A DNA stretch of 64,000 nt from Octopus sinensis (GCF_006345805.1 NC_042998.1:54312001-54376000), one strand, 5' to 3'. Shown: positions 23,815-38,744, counted from the first letter of the stretch. Numbers and translations: made by a program. Notes: generated by a model from the sequence alone, not told the origin.

Positions 23815-25256
23815 CGATATGGTTTGAATAAACATTGCCGGTATCTAGAAGAATGTTTTCTTTCTTGCAAATTCAAAGAGAGACAGCATCTATGTGACTG
23901 TTTGACCTGCTAGAAATAACAGTTAAATTCCCTCAATCTTGAAAAGAAGGATACATTGTATATTCCTGTCAATTTTCAATCTGTTATAGGTTGAAGCATC
24001 AGCATGCAGTTGCCAGCGTCTCTACACTGGTTGCTGGTCTACTTGTCTTTGCTGGCTGGCTAATTGCTGGCTAAATGGGGGGGAGGTGCAATTATGGTCA
24101 ATGATTAATCTTAGCCATTATTACCTTGGTGAAATTTGAACTCAGGACACAAATATTTGGATCAAGGTAGCTATCAATTCCCCTGTTCTACTCCTATGAA
24201 CTGGTATATTAGTTATGGTGCATACCCAACCATAAAAAAAAAAGAAAAAAATGTAAACAAAGCTGACTGAGGCTGGATTTGAACCCAGAGAGCTAAAACA
24301 ATTACTGTAAAACATTCAATCTGATGCTCTAATGATTCTGCCAGTTTGGCTCCTACAAAGCTGGAATACCTTTGATCATAGTTCTGTGCAATCAAATCTG
24401 ACCCGGGGCTAAATAACAACATCAACAGCAACCTGAACACTGTTGTCTTCCTTCTATTTTATATCAATTTTTCAATGCTTGCATTATTAACAAGAGATGG
24501 TTTATTAGTTAGAGCAATTAATTTTATAGTTGGATGTCCTTTCTACTGCCAAACACACAGCTATTAAGTAGGAGTAGAACCTGGGTTTTCATCCAATCTG
24601 AGGACAAACTGAATGAAACAAACAAATTAAGTACACGCTGTTCATATGTGACATGGGATGATAGTACCAATATCTGAATTAAAGAACATGTCAAGCTGCT
24701 CAACGCCTTAGCTCTACACCAGTCCCTTTTTTACCAAGTTGCTCCAAAGTTTATGCTCAATAAAATTCTTCATTTTCTCAATGAATGACCATCTCTATTT
24801 CCCATAAGTAAGAAATTTTCAAATGAGATAAGTAAGTAAATATATCTACCTCTCTCTGAAAATGGATGGCAGTGGAATGAACAGCCAATGTTGGACGGGC
24901 TTGGTAACAAGTTGCATGATAATTTGTGAGGCAGTTGTCCAATGCTCAGATGAGTAGGAGGGCACTGCAGTGAGCATTGAATCTGTATGCATGAGCCCAG
25001 GTGAAGATGAGCATGGGTGCAGCTTTCAGTTATAGAAGCAAATATGCAAATGAGGCCTTCAAAGATCAAAGTAGACAAAGGTTCTGTGCTCACTGCAGTG
25101 CCCTCCTACTCATCTGAGCATTGGACAACTGCCTCACAGCTGAGTGAACCGAAGGAATGTGTATACAACACACAGCCTGGTCCAGGAATCGAACTCACAA
25201 CCTCATGATCGTAAGATCGATGCTCCAACCACTGAGCCATGTGCCTTCACATCCCA

Positions 25257-25294
<38 letters not shown>

Positions 25295-25815
25295 CATAAA
25301 TAAGAGTGAGAGATGTGGGGGAGAAAGATTGAGTAAAAGAATATCATTAAAATGAGGTAAATTCTACAGATATTCTTCAATAATATAATCAAATCAACCA
25401 AACACACATTGGATAATATTGTCCTGAGTTCTCTGCACAAAAATAAAAGATGGAATGGTCACAGATGAAATGGTTTCGATCTGCTTCATTAGGGTTAACC
25501 TGGGTCTAAACAAAAACAATAGCAAAAACGAGGGAAAGCAATGGATTAAACAATCATATTAGTGATGCACATACATTTGTCTTTTTATAAATTCTATAAC
25601 AGTATTTTGCTACAGTTTAAGTACATAATGCTGGAACTATGGAATGAAACTGAAGGCATTATATTATATACACACTATTTGCATTAAGTTTAAGACAACT
25701 AACTCATAAACTATGGGTAGTTTATCATACATATAACACTTATTTCATTTATGTTGTTCATAACACACTTCACTGAGGAATATATATAAGAAGTATTAAA
25801 TATATACATACATAT

Positions 25816-25853
<38 letters not shown>

Positions 25854-26114
25854 ATGAAGCATTATATATAATATATATAATACTTGAATATATAATAATC
25901 AAAGTATTGTGTGTACGTGTGTGTGTGTGTGTGTATGTGTATGTGAACACAAACACCTATATGCATGTACATATATATATTTATATCTATATGTATATAC
26001 GTATAGATATAAATATATGATTGAGAGTGTATGTGCATGTATATATAAATATATAGGTGCAGGAGTGCATGTGTGTGTGTGTGTATGTATAGTCTGTATA
26101 TATATATATATAGT

Positions 26115-26350
26115 ATCATCATCATCATCATCATCATCGTTTAACGTCCATTCTCCATGCTAGCATGGGTTGGACAGTTCGACCGGGGTTCTGGGAAGCC
26201 AGAAGGCTGCACCAGGCTCCAGTCTAATCTGGCAATGTTTCTACAGCTGGATGCCCTTCCTAACGCCAACCACTCCGTGAGTGTAGTGGGTGCTTTTTAC
26301 GTGCCACCTGCACAGGTGCCAGGCGAGGCTGGCAACGGCCACGGTCAGAT
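26115..26350 (-). mobile_element. Repeat family D
   Basis: The plus strand reads (CAT)n-cgtttaacgtcc...ccatgctagcatgggttggac...ggatgcccttcctaacgccaaccac. Confidence 0.82.
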
Positions 26351-26382
26351 TGGTATTGAATTTTTTGCTACCCTTATATTGA

Positions 26383-26418
<36 letters not shown>

Positions 26419-26939
26419 ACCACAGCTCTAAGAGGCAGCTTCTATAGTTCATTCATAAGGACAATGGGTTCAAGTGCAAATATATGTACAGTTCCACAAA
26501 TATTAAAAAATGTTTGCAGGACAGTATATTAGGATTTGTTAAAGCATTGTCGGTACAGAACAGAATAATATTATGATTACCTTCTGACTGACTCCCTAAT
26601 ATTTGAGTTTAAATTATACTAAGACCAGCTTTGCTTTTCATCATTTCAGGATTAGAAGCATGCTTCCCAACCATGTGGTTTGGGTTCAGTCCCTCTACAT
26701 GGCACCTTCAGCCACCTGTCTTCCACTATAGGCCCAGGCCAACCAAAGCCTCATGTGGGGACATATATATTTATATGTATATATATGTAAATATATATAT
26801 GTCCATGCATAAGGCTCTCTGTCTGTCTCTTTCTATATATATCATCATCATCATCATCATCATCATTTAACGTCCGCTTTCCATATATATATATATACAC
26901 ATTTATGTATGTATGTGTTTATGTTTGTTTGTTTGTGCG

Positions 26940-27280
26940 TGGAGAAGGTGCATGGTTGAGTGGTTAGAGCATCAGGCTCACAATCATGAGGTAGAGAGTT
27001 CGACTCCTGGACTGGACTGTGTTTTGTGTTTTTGAGCAAGACACTTTATTTCATGTTGTTCCAGTTCAGTTGGCTGTTAAAAATAAGCTGTGACATCACT
27101 GGTCCCAAGCTGTATCAACCCTTGCCTTTTCCTTGGATAACATCAGTGGCATGAAGACAGAAGGCTGGTATGCATGGGCAACTGCTGGTCTTCCATAAGC
27201 AACCTTGCTTGGACTTGTTCCTTGGAGGGGAACTTTCTAGGTTCAATCTCATGGTTATTCATGAATGGAGGGGGTCTTTA
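26940..27280 (+). mobile_element. tRNA-headed SINE family C
   Basis: gaaggtgcatggttgagtggttagagc A-box, gagttcgactcc B-box, core ttgagcaagacactttatttcatgttgttccagttc. Confidence 0.8.
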
Positions 27281-27834
27281 CCCTTTATATATATGTGTGT
27301 GTGTGTGGAGAGAGAGTGAGAGAGAGACAGACAGATATATGTATGTGTATGTGTGTGCATGCGTTTATGTATCTATATGAGTGTGTCTGTGTTTGTCCAC
27401 CACCACCACCAACACCACCACCACCACTTGACATCCAATGCTGGTTTGTTTATATCTCTGTAACTTAGCAGTTCAGCAAAAAAGAATAAGTATAGACTTT
27501 AAAAGGTAAGTGCTGGGGTCAATTTGCTTGACAGCACCCTTCAAAGTGGTGCCCCAACATGGCCACAGTCCAAAGACTGAAACAAGTAAAAAGGTAAAAG
27601 GTAAAACCACTTTAGTGGATTGGTGGAACCATTAGCAGACAAGAAAAGACACCTTGCAGTATTTATTCCAACACTTTTGCATTCTAGCTGCAATGACACT
27701 AGGGCAAAGCTATGTTGGACCATATCAGAGGCATTTCTTTTAGATAATACAACAGCGTTGAGCAGAAAAGAGAGTTGCATGCCTGGGCCACTGCTAATTA
27801 GCCACAAAATATATCTTGCTTAGTTTTTTTTATC

Positions 27835-28192
27835 TTTTACTTGTTCAGTCATTTAACTGTGGCCATGCTGGGGCACTGTCTCGAAGAATTTAGTTAGACA
27901 AATCAACCAGCATCTTTATTTTTTATTCCTAGTACTTATGCAGTACTTTTGCCAAACTGCTAAGTTATTGGGACATAAACAAACCAACAATAGTAATAAA
28001 GCAGTGGTAGGGAACAAACACATACACATACACAACAGGCTTCTTTCAGTTTCTGTCTACTAAATTCACTCACAAGGCTTTGATTAGTCTGAGACTTTAG
28101 TAGAAGACACTTGTCCAAGGTGCTACGCAATGGGAATGGACCCAGAACTATGTGGCTGAGAAACAGACTTCTTACCACACAGCCATGCCTGC
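27835..28192 (-). mobile_element. SINE family A
   Basis: Contains ctgtggccatgctggggcac (27857-27876), the exact reverse complement of LINE 3' UTR 12871-12890. Confidence 0.8.
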
Positions 28193-29521
28193 ACAGATAT
28201 ACAGTCAACACTGAAGGAGGTACAACCGATTACATCAAAGATTTCATTCCATTAGATATGATGGTATAATTCCTGATGTAAAGATAAAAATAATCAATAA
28301 CGACTCTCAAAGCAGAAGAGGTGACAAGTATATAACAAAGAATGTAGTCTTCAAAGATGTTCTCTTTTAAGATTGCACCTTCAGAGTATTACATATGTGG
28401 ACTTTACACTATCATCACATGAATCAAATGTTTCGGAAAAAATATAATTTCAAAAGAAACCATGTGTTTCCTGGTTCTCTGCATAACTTCCAACAGTCTC
28501 AGTATTTGAAATAACCTGCAGAATTTCTCTGAGTGCTGCTAGTTGACAATAAATCTCACAAATTTTTCCATTGCAGGATTTATCTCCTGGTGCTAGAGAT
28601 ACTCATTTTAACTGGGTGCACTGGAACAACGTGAAATGTAGTACTTCACACAAAAACCCTGCATTACCTAGTCCAAGGATTGAAACCACAATGGTGCAAC
28701 ACCCTGACCACTAGGCCATATGAATTCCCCATTCATTATAGCTCAGAAAGATTAACTTTAGTAATGATACTGAATAAGTGGAAATGAAATTCAATATAAC
28801 AAATTTTAACATTTTATTTGCATTCAAATACTTGTAATGTTCTGTAATTTTTTTAAATAATATATTTAAATCTTAACAAGAGTGGTTAATGCTGATTAAT
28901 ATCTTAATAAAGAATGACAGCAATATTGTCATCCCAGAAGGAAGAAATTAAATGTTCTACAGTATCTAAATTGGAATTGTCTGTAAAAATAGAAACCAGG
29001 GAAAAACAGCTCAGCAAGCTAGAAATAAATAATTTATTTCATTTCAATGCAAGTCTTCCTAAGCAAAAATTTATTTTTGCAGTCATTTCTCAAGGAAAGG
29101 ATGGAGTCCATTTTGCATCAATAATTTATGTGAAATTAGTGGATCATAGTTACAATCAATAACTTTACTGTCCATATCCTGTTAGCTAAAAAGAAATCAT
29201 TCTAAATGGTGTTAAAAATGGCCAGATTTTAAAGATTTTGAAAACATATGAAGAGACAAGAGATGTCAAGCCTAGAAGCTGTGACTTGGTTCCAGATAAG
29301 TGAATGATATATTAATTGGTCAGTTAATGTGGTTAAGACCCTACAGATTGATGAGAATAGTATACATCATGTTAAGAATACACATTACAATTCTACAGGG
29401 CATCACACAAGTCAAGGTTGGCAATGTATCTACATATAGAAATGTGTGCATGCCTGTGAAAGATTTTTTAAGCAAAACAGGTAATTGTACTAATTCTCAA
29501 TGCATAATACCACATTTATAA

Positions 29522-30308
29522 GGGTGACACACGTGGCAGGTCTTCCAAATCACTCATCACCTTCTACGGATGTCCTTCTGCTTTTGAAGTGCTCATACCA
29601 TTCAAAACATTGTGTACAACCTATTCCCTCATCACTGTAAGCTTGCCAAAGCATGCTCAGTGTCTTTGTAATAGACTTCCTAAGTTTAATGCAAAATTTC
29701 ACATTGGCTCTTTGTTCCTGTCCATGACAATATAGGAGACTACAGTGTACATATACTCTTTTACTTGTTTCAGTCATTTGACTGCGGCCATGCTGGAGCA
29801 CCACCTTTAGTCGAGCAAATCGACCCCAGGATTTATTCTTTGTAAGCCTAGTACTTATTCTATCGGTCTCTTTTGTCAAACTGCTAAGTTACAGGGACGT
29901 AAACACACCAGCATCAGTTGTCAAGCGATGTCGCGGAGACAAACACAGACACACAAACACATATATATACATATATACAATGAGCTTCTTTCAGTTTCTG
30001 TCTACCAAATCCACTCACAAGGCTTTGGTCAGCCCAAGGATATAGCGGAAGACACTTGCCCAAGGTGCTACACAGTGGGACTGAACCCGGAACCATGTGG
30101 TTGGTAAGCAAGCTACTTACCACACAGCCACTCCTGCACCCATATGATCACAAAAATACAAATTCAAGACTTGCAAAGTAAACACAGTGATGCCACTCAG
30201 CACACCACCTCTTGAATGTCACTGCTAGCTCCCACTGCACATGCAACCATGCGCTGCCATCTGTTGATGTGCTACAGAATTATTCCAGGAACTTTTTGAT
30301 ACCATATA
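29522..30308 (-). mobile_element. Truncated mariner-like element (same family as 43406-44315), interrupted by a SINE
   Basis: TIR ggaactttttgataccatata near 30290-30308. Minus-strand EQRANVKFCIKLRKS...CFEWYEHFKSRRTSVEGDE. SINE inserted at 29757-30140. Confidence 0.75.
29757..30140 (-). mobile_element. SINE family A, nested in a mariner
   Basis: Near-consensus copy that splits the mariner remnant at 29522-30308. Confidence 0.88.
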
Positions 30309-32946
30309 GTATATTAGTAAAACAAATGTAGACACTGATGAAAAACTGACAAAGTAGTGTGTCAAACAAAAATATTTAGCAGTAGTTACCTCACACTAGT
30401 CTCACAGATGCAGCCCTCCTGTCTCTGTTGTCAACATAAATGCAATGAACTGACACTGGCTTTCAGAAACTGGTAACCATCAACTAATGACTACTGTTCA
30501 CAAAATGTGCTTTAATCCTTAAGTATTCAGATTCCTCTGTCAAATGTAATGCCTATTTATTCACATTGTTTTGAATTAATCATGAATTATCTTGTAACCT
30601 TAAGATTTTTCTGATGTGATGGTTTGTTTTTAGAATGAGATTGTAGGGTAGGTGTGAGAGGACAGACCTGGCCACTTCGAACATTAAACAGGTAGACTAT
30701 TTGGGCTGGATATGACTGGTTTAAGTGCTAAAGGGTTAAAATATTTGAATAAAATAAACCATTCTTGTAGAAAATCATACATGAAATTTTGAAAATGTTC
30801 TGAGCATCCACTAGACATTACAGAAATACTCTTAAAGATTTCTAATCAAATGTTTCTGTGACTTTGGAAACCTTACCAAAGAATGCCTTCAGCGTAGATT
30901 TAGTATTTGCAGATTAGCTGCCAGGTTTACATGAATGTATATAGTACTTGAAAATATCTGTCTTCATTTTAACAATACTATTTCTACTTTAGACAACCTT
31001 AACATTCATCTAATAAAGTGAAACAATGAATTTTTTTTTAGCAAGATATCATAAGCTCTAACATTATTTACAAAGGTTTTTTTTTTTTCTGAGGTATTGA
31101 GCCAAGCATGTAAGTAAGTGATTTAATCAAACACTTCAGGAACAGAAACCAAATTTAAGTCCATAAAATGATGAATTTTCACACATACTCAGTGGGTTCT
31201 TAAACAGCAGGCAACTAGAAATTTACTCTATAACAATTAAAACAGGAAAACTAAATATTTAATACCAGCTAAATTTGAAATTCATTTTCATCAAATTTTA
31301 TTTGCATTTCAAGTATTTAAAAAAAAAATGAACCATTTAATTTCATTTTATTTCTTTTGAAAGCCAAAGAGTACCATTCCAAGTCCATTCCATTTTAAAT
31401 GAATTTTTAATCGATATATCCTTTTACAAGTAGCCAAATTTCTTGGAGAAATTTTGCTTAAATGAGAAAAATATTTCAGAAAGCAGCAGAGGCCAGCTTA
31501 TGAAATTTCTGAAAATTACTATGAAATTTTAAAAAGCTTTAGATTCATTTGAATTTCCCATTTTTATGTTTTCTGTTTTATGGCAAATTCAGTTATAAAA
31601 ATTTCATCAATTTACACAAATACAACAACAGAAACAAAAATATGTTCTTGTAAGGGTAACTCTCATATTATTGATATAATTAATTGTAGCATCGTCTTCA
31701 TCATAATTTTAATGACCAATTCAAGAGTAAAAATAACTATGATGAGAATTAATCCAAGCATATCTTGCCTGTCAAGCATATCATGAGCTAATGAGAGAGC
31801 CTCTATGTAGTTACTCAATCATTTAGAAATAACTGATAAACTCCCTCAAATCATACCTTGCTGTCTTAAACAGCAAAAAGGGACACATTGGATAACATAG
31901 TCTTAAATACAGTATCAAAACAAAAAATCAAAAAAGATGGACTTCATTTGATCAAAGGTTACCACAATTAGGGCTGACACTGAGGCCAAACAACTTGGTT
32001 CAGAATTTTTTCCTTGTAAAGAAAGCTAAAAACTGTTATTAAATGTATAAAGAATTCATCTTAGAGATACAGGTGTTTCCTACCTGAAAATTTTTACTAA
32101 CATAGATCAAAATTATGGTATTTTCTCTTGCTAATATTCAACATAATATGATATCTGCTTTTAATTAGGGGTAATTTTAAATAACATCTTTCTTTTACTT
32201 GTTTCAGTCACTGGACTCTGACCATGCTGGGGCACATATTTGAAAGGTTTAGTTGAACAAATAAACTCCAGTACTTATTTTTATGTCTTGTATTTATTCT
32301 GCTGGACTCTTTTGCTGAACCACTAAGTTACAGGGATGCAAACAAACAAACACTGGTTGTCAAGCAATGGTGGTGGACAAATACAACACAAACAGTTACA
32401 CACACACGCATGGGCAACGACTGTCCACTCATGACCAAGGAAGACCATTACCCTCCTGCAAAATGCCAGTAATATCTTTGCAGTAGCAATTGACTTCACC
32501 CAGATTTGTGTAGGGTGTCACTGGATTTCTTCCTCTTTCCTTCTTATTTCTATTTCCTTACAAGGAGAATGAACCCATTCAAATCTATTTAACATTCACT
32601 CTATGTTGACAAGTGATACAGTATGGACAGATTTTCAAAATCCAATGATACCCTATACGCCTATTTGGTTGTGAAATTTTACAAATACACTTTCTCAGGG
32701 AGATATGATAAACCTATTATTATGGATAATACTACATGTACTTTTCATATTTTTCATAGTGTGATGTAACTCTTTGGAATATCTATGCATGTGTCTGTAG
32801 AGAGCTTCAAACCATCTTTTATATCTATTATACACTGATGTAAGAATAGGTCGTTTATAAAGCTTGAAACACGTGTACCGCAACATCCTTTGTGTTCTGT
32901 TTTTGATTTTATTTGATATATATATATATATATATTTATATAAATA

Positions 32947-34182
32947 TTATGATATCATGAAAGTTCTGAGTGTTTTTCAATATGCAAAAAGGGATATAAA
33001 TAATTGATCTTTTAAGTAATTTTATTAAATGAAATAATTTTCATTATCATTAATGACCTTCGCTCATCCATCAGGCAATTTAAATATTCCATCAGCATAA
33101 AATTTGACTGGTTTTGAAGAAAAAAAGTTATCTAGATGCATTTTGACTCCATCTAAATCATTAAATATTTTTCTCTGTAGAGACAAAAACAAGTGGTAGC
33201 CAGATGGTGCATTATCAGAGGAATGTGATGGATGGGGAAGAGATCCCAGCCAAGTTCATGTAACTTTTTGGGGGTAACCAAATACACAAGCAATCAGGCA
33301 TTGTCTTGTTGGAACACTACCCCTTTCCTGTTGGCAATCTACAGCCTCAATTCTTTGAGCTTTTGGTTCAAATTAGCCAGCTAATGACAGTACACATCAG
33401 AATTAATGGTCTGGTTTTGTGGGAGAAGCTCATAATAAATAATGCCTTTATGATCCCACCAAATATAAAATATAGCTTTTTTGGTGTGGATATTCATCTT
33501 TGTTAGCTGTTTTGGGAGATCCTTACTCAAACTCCAGGATCTTTTCACAACTATGTTTTCATACACAATCCATTTTTCATCTCCAGTCACAAGTTGTTTA
33601 AAAAAAGGGCATGCTTTCATTCCATTTCAAAAACATATCACAAATGGAATACCAGTCCAAGCAATTCTTTTGTGAGAGTTTGTGAGAGACCCATACATTA
33701 TAGCAAAAAAATGTATCCTAGTTTCACTAGGTGTTCATGAGCATACTTTTAGAAACTTCCAACTCCTCTGCAAGTTCACTAGTCATGATATTTGAGTTTT
33801 CTTCAATTTTTGCCTTCAGAAAATCTTCATCCTAGTTTGAAGGACTTCCACTGCAACTATCATCTTCCAAGCTAAATTCTACAGCTTTAAATTTTGAAAA
33901 CCATCTTTGAACAGTTGATTCACCAACAGCATCATCATCATAAACTTCACAAATATTTTTGAAAGCCTTTCCAGCATTTTTGCCCTTTTTAAAAAAGTAA
34001 AGTATTACAACACAAATATGAAATTTTTGATTATCCATTTCAAACATCAATGAAAGAGAAGTCTACTTTTAGTCAGGAACAAAGATGAGATGTACTATCA
34101 CTTCAAGCAACAGCAAAGTTTTAAATGTGTTACATTTCATGTGTTTTAACTTAAAACACTCAGAACTTTCTGGACAACCAAG
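32947..34182 (-). mobile_element. Full-length decayed mariner transposon (third subfamily)
   Basis: Diverged TIRs sharing gaaagttctgagtgtttt. ORF pieces LVTGDEKWIVYEN, WWDHKGIIYYELLP, and an N-terminal HTH (VQRWFSKFKAVEFSLED). Confidence 0.88.
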
Positions 34183-36462
34183 TATACACATCATCAATAT
34201 ATAGATATAAATCCACTTGCAAGTCTCTGGTTGACCTGAAGCTCTAATAGAAGACACTTGCCCAACATGCTACATGGTGGGACAGAATGCAAAATCATGT
34301 GGCTGAGAAGCAAGTATTTTACCACAATGATTTTTAAATATCAAAAAATGAAATTCATTCAAATTACATCGACAACCACATCATACCTTGTTGAGAGGCA
34401 ATATTCAGAGAGTATTCTTTCACAGTTGCTAATGAGGTGGAAAATGTCATCAGTTTGGATTTTACATAGCTTATTATATAAACTGACCATATCTGTTCAA
34501 ATTGGCCAGATTTTTGCCTATTACACCTACCCTACAATATCATTCTAAAAATTAACAGTTATTCTGTTACTTGTTTGTCATTTTATTGTGGCCATGCTAG
34601 AGCACCACCTTAAAGGGGTTTTAGTCACAGAAATCAACCTCAGGACTTATTCTTTGTAAGCTTGGTACTTATTTTATTGGTATCTTTTGCCAAACTGTTA
34701 AGTTATGGGGATGTAAACTCAACAAAATCGGTTGTCAAGCAATGGTGGGGGTGGGGGTCAAAAACAGACACAAAGACAACACATAAATACACACACACAA
34801 ACAAACACATATATAATGGGCCTCTTTCAGTTCCCATCTACCAAATCCACTCACAAGGCTTTGGTCAGCCTGAGGCCATAGTAGAAGACACTTGCCCAAG
34901 TTGCCATGCAGAACGACTGAACCCAGAACCATGTGGTTGGAAGCAAGCTTCTCAAAATTTCATATCTATAAGATAATGCAAGGTTAATTCAAAACATATC
35001 AATAAATAAGCATTACATTTGACAGAACAATGTGAAAGCTAAAGAGTTAATATTCACTGATGCTGTTATCTTTTATATAAAAAATACTAAGAGGGGATTG
35101 TTTTAGATATCAAGTATCCATGTAACACTTTCCCAATGAAGTGGTTTATTCTTTATTTTTGTCCCTTGAGATATATGTTAGATTTTATTCCCTCCTTCTC
35201 CTCAAGTTTATCCACTAGTCTAACAAGGTTATCTCTTAAGTGTCTGTGAATCTGAACTAGATAGTTTTCAAGATATTTTCACTGCCGGAAGCACTGTTTC
35301 TGCATTATAGTCTGCTTTTACAGATTTCAGTCTCCAAATCACTTTCCTTCAATGCAAATTATAATATCTGTGTTTCCAATGTTATAGAAAATTCCAATAT
35401 TACAGGGAAGTGTCCTAGATCTTATGTACCTCTCATCAAGTTTTGTAGAAACTAGTAAAAGCCAATACAGACACTGCAAAAGCATAGTGTGTGTGTGTGT
35501 AAAATCATCTATATTGTTACATCTGCTTTTTCCATGTTGGCATGGGTTAGACAGGATTTATTGAGGCAGAATTCAACTGTGCTCTTCCTGATACCATCTT
35601 TTACTTATTTCTCAAGTAAGGTATTTCAGTCCTACTAGTCTTTATGATACTGCCAAGGAATGTGATGTATTTTTTGCAAGAGACGCAAATACTGTTGCTG
35701 TTTTCACTCACACAATGAAGACTCAAGAGAACACTCAAACACACTCACACACACCTGCATACACTCATACATACTCATATACATATACGATGAGCCTCCA
35801 TGCAGTTTCTCAATTTAATTTCCCTTACAGAGTACTGGCTGATGCAAAAATACAGCAGAAGACAACACTTGTCCAAAGTGTCACGAAGTGAGATAGAACC
35901 CCAAACTATATGCCTGGAAAGCAAACATTTTAACATTTTAACCCTAACCAAACTGCTATATTTGCATACAAACATAAGATCTTTTACTTGTTTCAGTCAT
36001 ATAACTGGGGCAATGCTTTGAAAGGTTTATTGAGATAAGTACTTATTTATCAAAGGTTTGGTCACTTATTCAGTTAGTGTGTTTTTGCCAAATCATTAAC
36101 TTACTGGGATGTAGTACACCAATACAAATAGTCAAGTGGTGGTGGGAGACAAATGCAAACATAAAGAAATACACACATAGACATATACACATAAGAACAT
36201 ATATATATACACCACTCACAAGGCTTTGGTTAGCCCAGAGCTAAAGTAGAAGACATATATATACAGGGTGGTTGTTGTTAGGATGGGCATCCAGTGGTAA
36301 AAACCATACCAAAACAGACACAGTAGCTTGGTGCAGTCTTCTAACTGGACTGGACGGCTCTTGTCAAACCATCCAACCCATGCCAGCAAGGAAGATGGAC
36401 GTTAATAGATGAGGATGATGATATGCGTGTATATGTGTATGTTTATATATCCTATAATTTAA

Positions 36463-36504
<42 letters not shown>

Positions 36505-36509
<5 letters not shown>

Positions 36510-36665
36510 TGTTTCTCTCCTTGTTTTTTCTGTGTCCCTTTCTGTAGAAGAGCATAGGCTCGAAACATAAAAAACTTTTTCTATTCCTGTGCGTTATACT
36601 AATACATCTGTTTGTTTTGTACACCACCTGTCTTCGTCTTTTGTTTTTTTCGTAAACTTTTCCTA
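36505..36665 (+). repeat. Penelope-like terminal remnant between (TA)n tracts
   Basis: gaagagcataggctcgaaac motif (stem plus GAAAC), typical of PLE ends. Confidence 0.4.
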
Positions 36666-36667
36666 TA

Positions 36668-36698
<31 letters not shown>

Positions 36699-36716
36699 GT
36701 GTGTGTGTGTGTGTGA

Positions 36717-36759
<43 letters not shown>

Positions 36760-37722
36760 CAGGCAATGATATTTGGTTAAATTGTGTTCGCAACAATTAA
36801 ACCAAAGACAAACATACTCAAGCCCAGTAAGCATTGGCAAGTCTAATGTTTTAAGCTCTTTCCAGCTCATTAGTGCCATTAGGCAAATGCCAAGCTAACG
36901 ACACCTTAATCTTTTGGAAAACTTTAGTATAAAAGCAAGCATCCTGAATGTTAGATTTCTCATTCTTCTGAGCAATGGAACTTATTGACATTCCACAATC
37001 TCTCCTATGAAGCCAGTGGTATTATGTGATGTTTGAAATATAAACTATAGCAATAACACTTGTTCTGGAACAGCCAGTACAATTTCTGCAAATGCTAGCA
37101 GCTGGCATGATGGCGGTGGTGGTGGTGGTGGTGGTGGTCATGGTGGGAGGTTAATATCTTTTATCAGTGGAGTAGAACATTGACTTAAAGAAAAGGAAGT
37201 GGGTAGTTAAATCAAATCTGAGAACATTGAACCTCACAGGACCTCATAGAGGAAGAGAAAACAAAAACAGAAAAACAAAAAAGAAAAATTAAAATTGAAA
37301 AAAATTTGGTTAGATTTCCTGTGGCAGATTCAACCAGCCTATGTTATTATGGGGAAAAAATACAATAAAATGCAAAAAGGTAAAAATGGATGAATAAATA
37401 ATAAAGCACAGACTTTAAAATAATAGCTATCATGGTTTTGTTGATGATGATGATGATGATTATAATGGTGGTGATAGTAATGATGGTGGTGGTGGTGGTG
37501 GTATTAGAGGTGATAGTGATGATGATGACGACAATGATGGTGATGATGATGATATATTATTATTTAATGAAAATGTACAAATCCTATCAAAAGAACATGA
37601 CTCCCAATTCCAAACTAATACAATAAATCCCCCGTTGGAAGAACGAAAACTGAAGCTATAGTGCTTGGATCATTGAACAGACTAAGGTACATGTATATGT
37701 GTGTGTGTATATACATATATAT

Positions 37723-37774
<52 letters not shown>

Positions 37775-38744
37775 TGTGTGGTGTGTGTGTGTATTGATTT
37801 TCCACTGCAAAAATATATTTCTGATAATTCACATACATTTTTTCCTATTTTATTTAATTTTTTTTTTTTTGTTTTGTGTTTTTGTGTAGAGGTTTTTCAT
37901 CGATCACAGTAGTGTTTGTTATTGATCACAGTCTGGGTTTGTGATTGATTTCAATTTAATACAAGTTTGATAATAAGAAAAACGTTCTGGCTTTAAAATA
38001 ATATTAAAAAATATGCGGTATAAATGACATAAAAACCTTAACACATACACACACACACATGCAGGACATTTTTATGCATATGCAATTTTTGTATTGTATC
38101 ATATAGTTATGATTTATGATATTTTTGTTGTCATGATGTATGAAATACTTATATGTATCATATTTATATTTTATGCATGTATGTATGTGTGTGTGTAGAG
38201 AGAGAGAAAGAGAGAGAGAGAGATAGCAGATACGTTCTCGCTGCGCAGTAGTAAATATCCTCATGAAATTTAGAAAATTTTTGACTGAATGCAAATATTT
38301 ACAAGACTTAATAGAGTCGACCAACACCACCCAATCTACAAAGCACCATCACTGTCATTCTGATTTTATAATCTTTAACGATTCCATTATTATGACTTAC
38401 TACACTTATTTTATTTGCAATAGTTTATAGACTGTAAGTTGTTGTTGTTGTTGTATACAGATTTATGGAACAGGTAGACATAACATATTGAAGTATGATA
38501 ATCTGAAGATATTGTAATGTAGCTTTATTTTATTTTTGTTTTTGTTGTTTTTCGATGTTTAATATTTTTAGTCACAGGTAAGTTCAGTTGTGCGACCACA
38601 AGGTCCAGTCCTTGCTGGAGTATGGCGGTTTATGGGCTTCAATGACCCTGGGAGCCATGTCAGTGAAGTGTGTCTGCTGATAGGAATGCGTATGCTGGAC
38701 AGGGCAAAGGATAGAGGCCAGACTCTCATTCTTTTCTATTCTAG

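Noticed and set aside
36790-36880. LTGLE motif resembling KATNIP GLTGLE
   Set aside because: Spacing from SW is wrong, there is an in-frame stop just upstream, and the WGD motif is absent.
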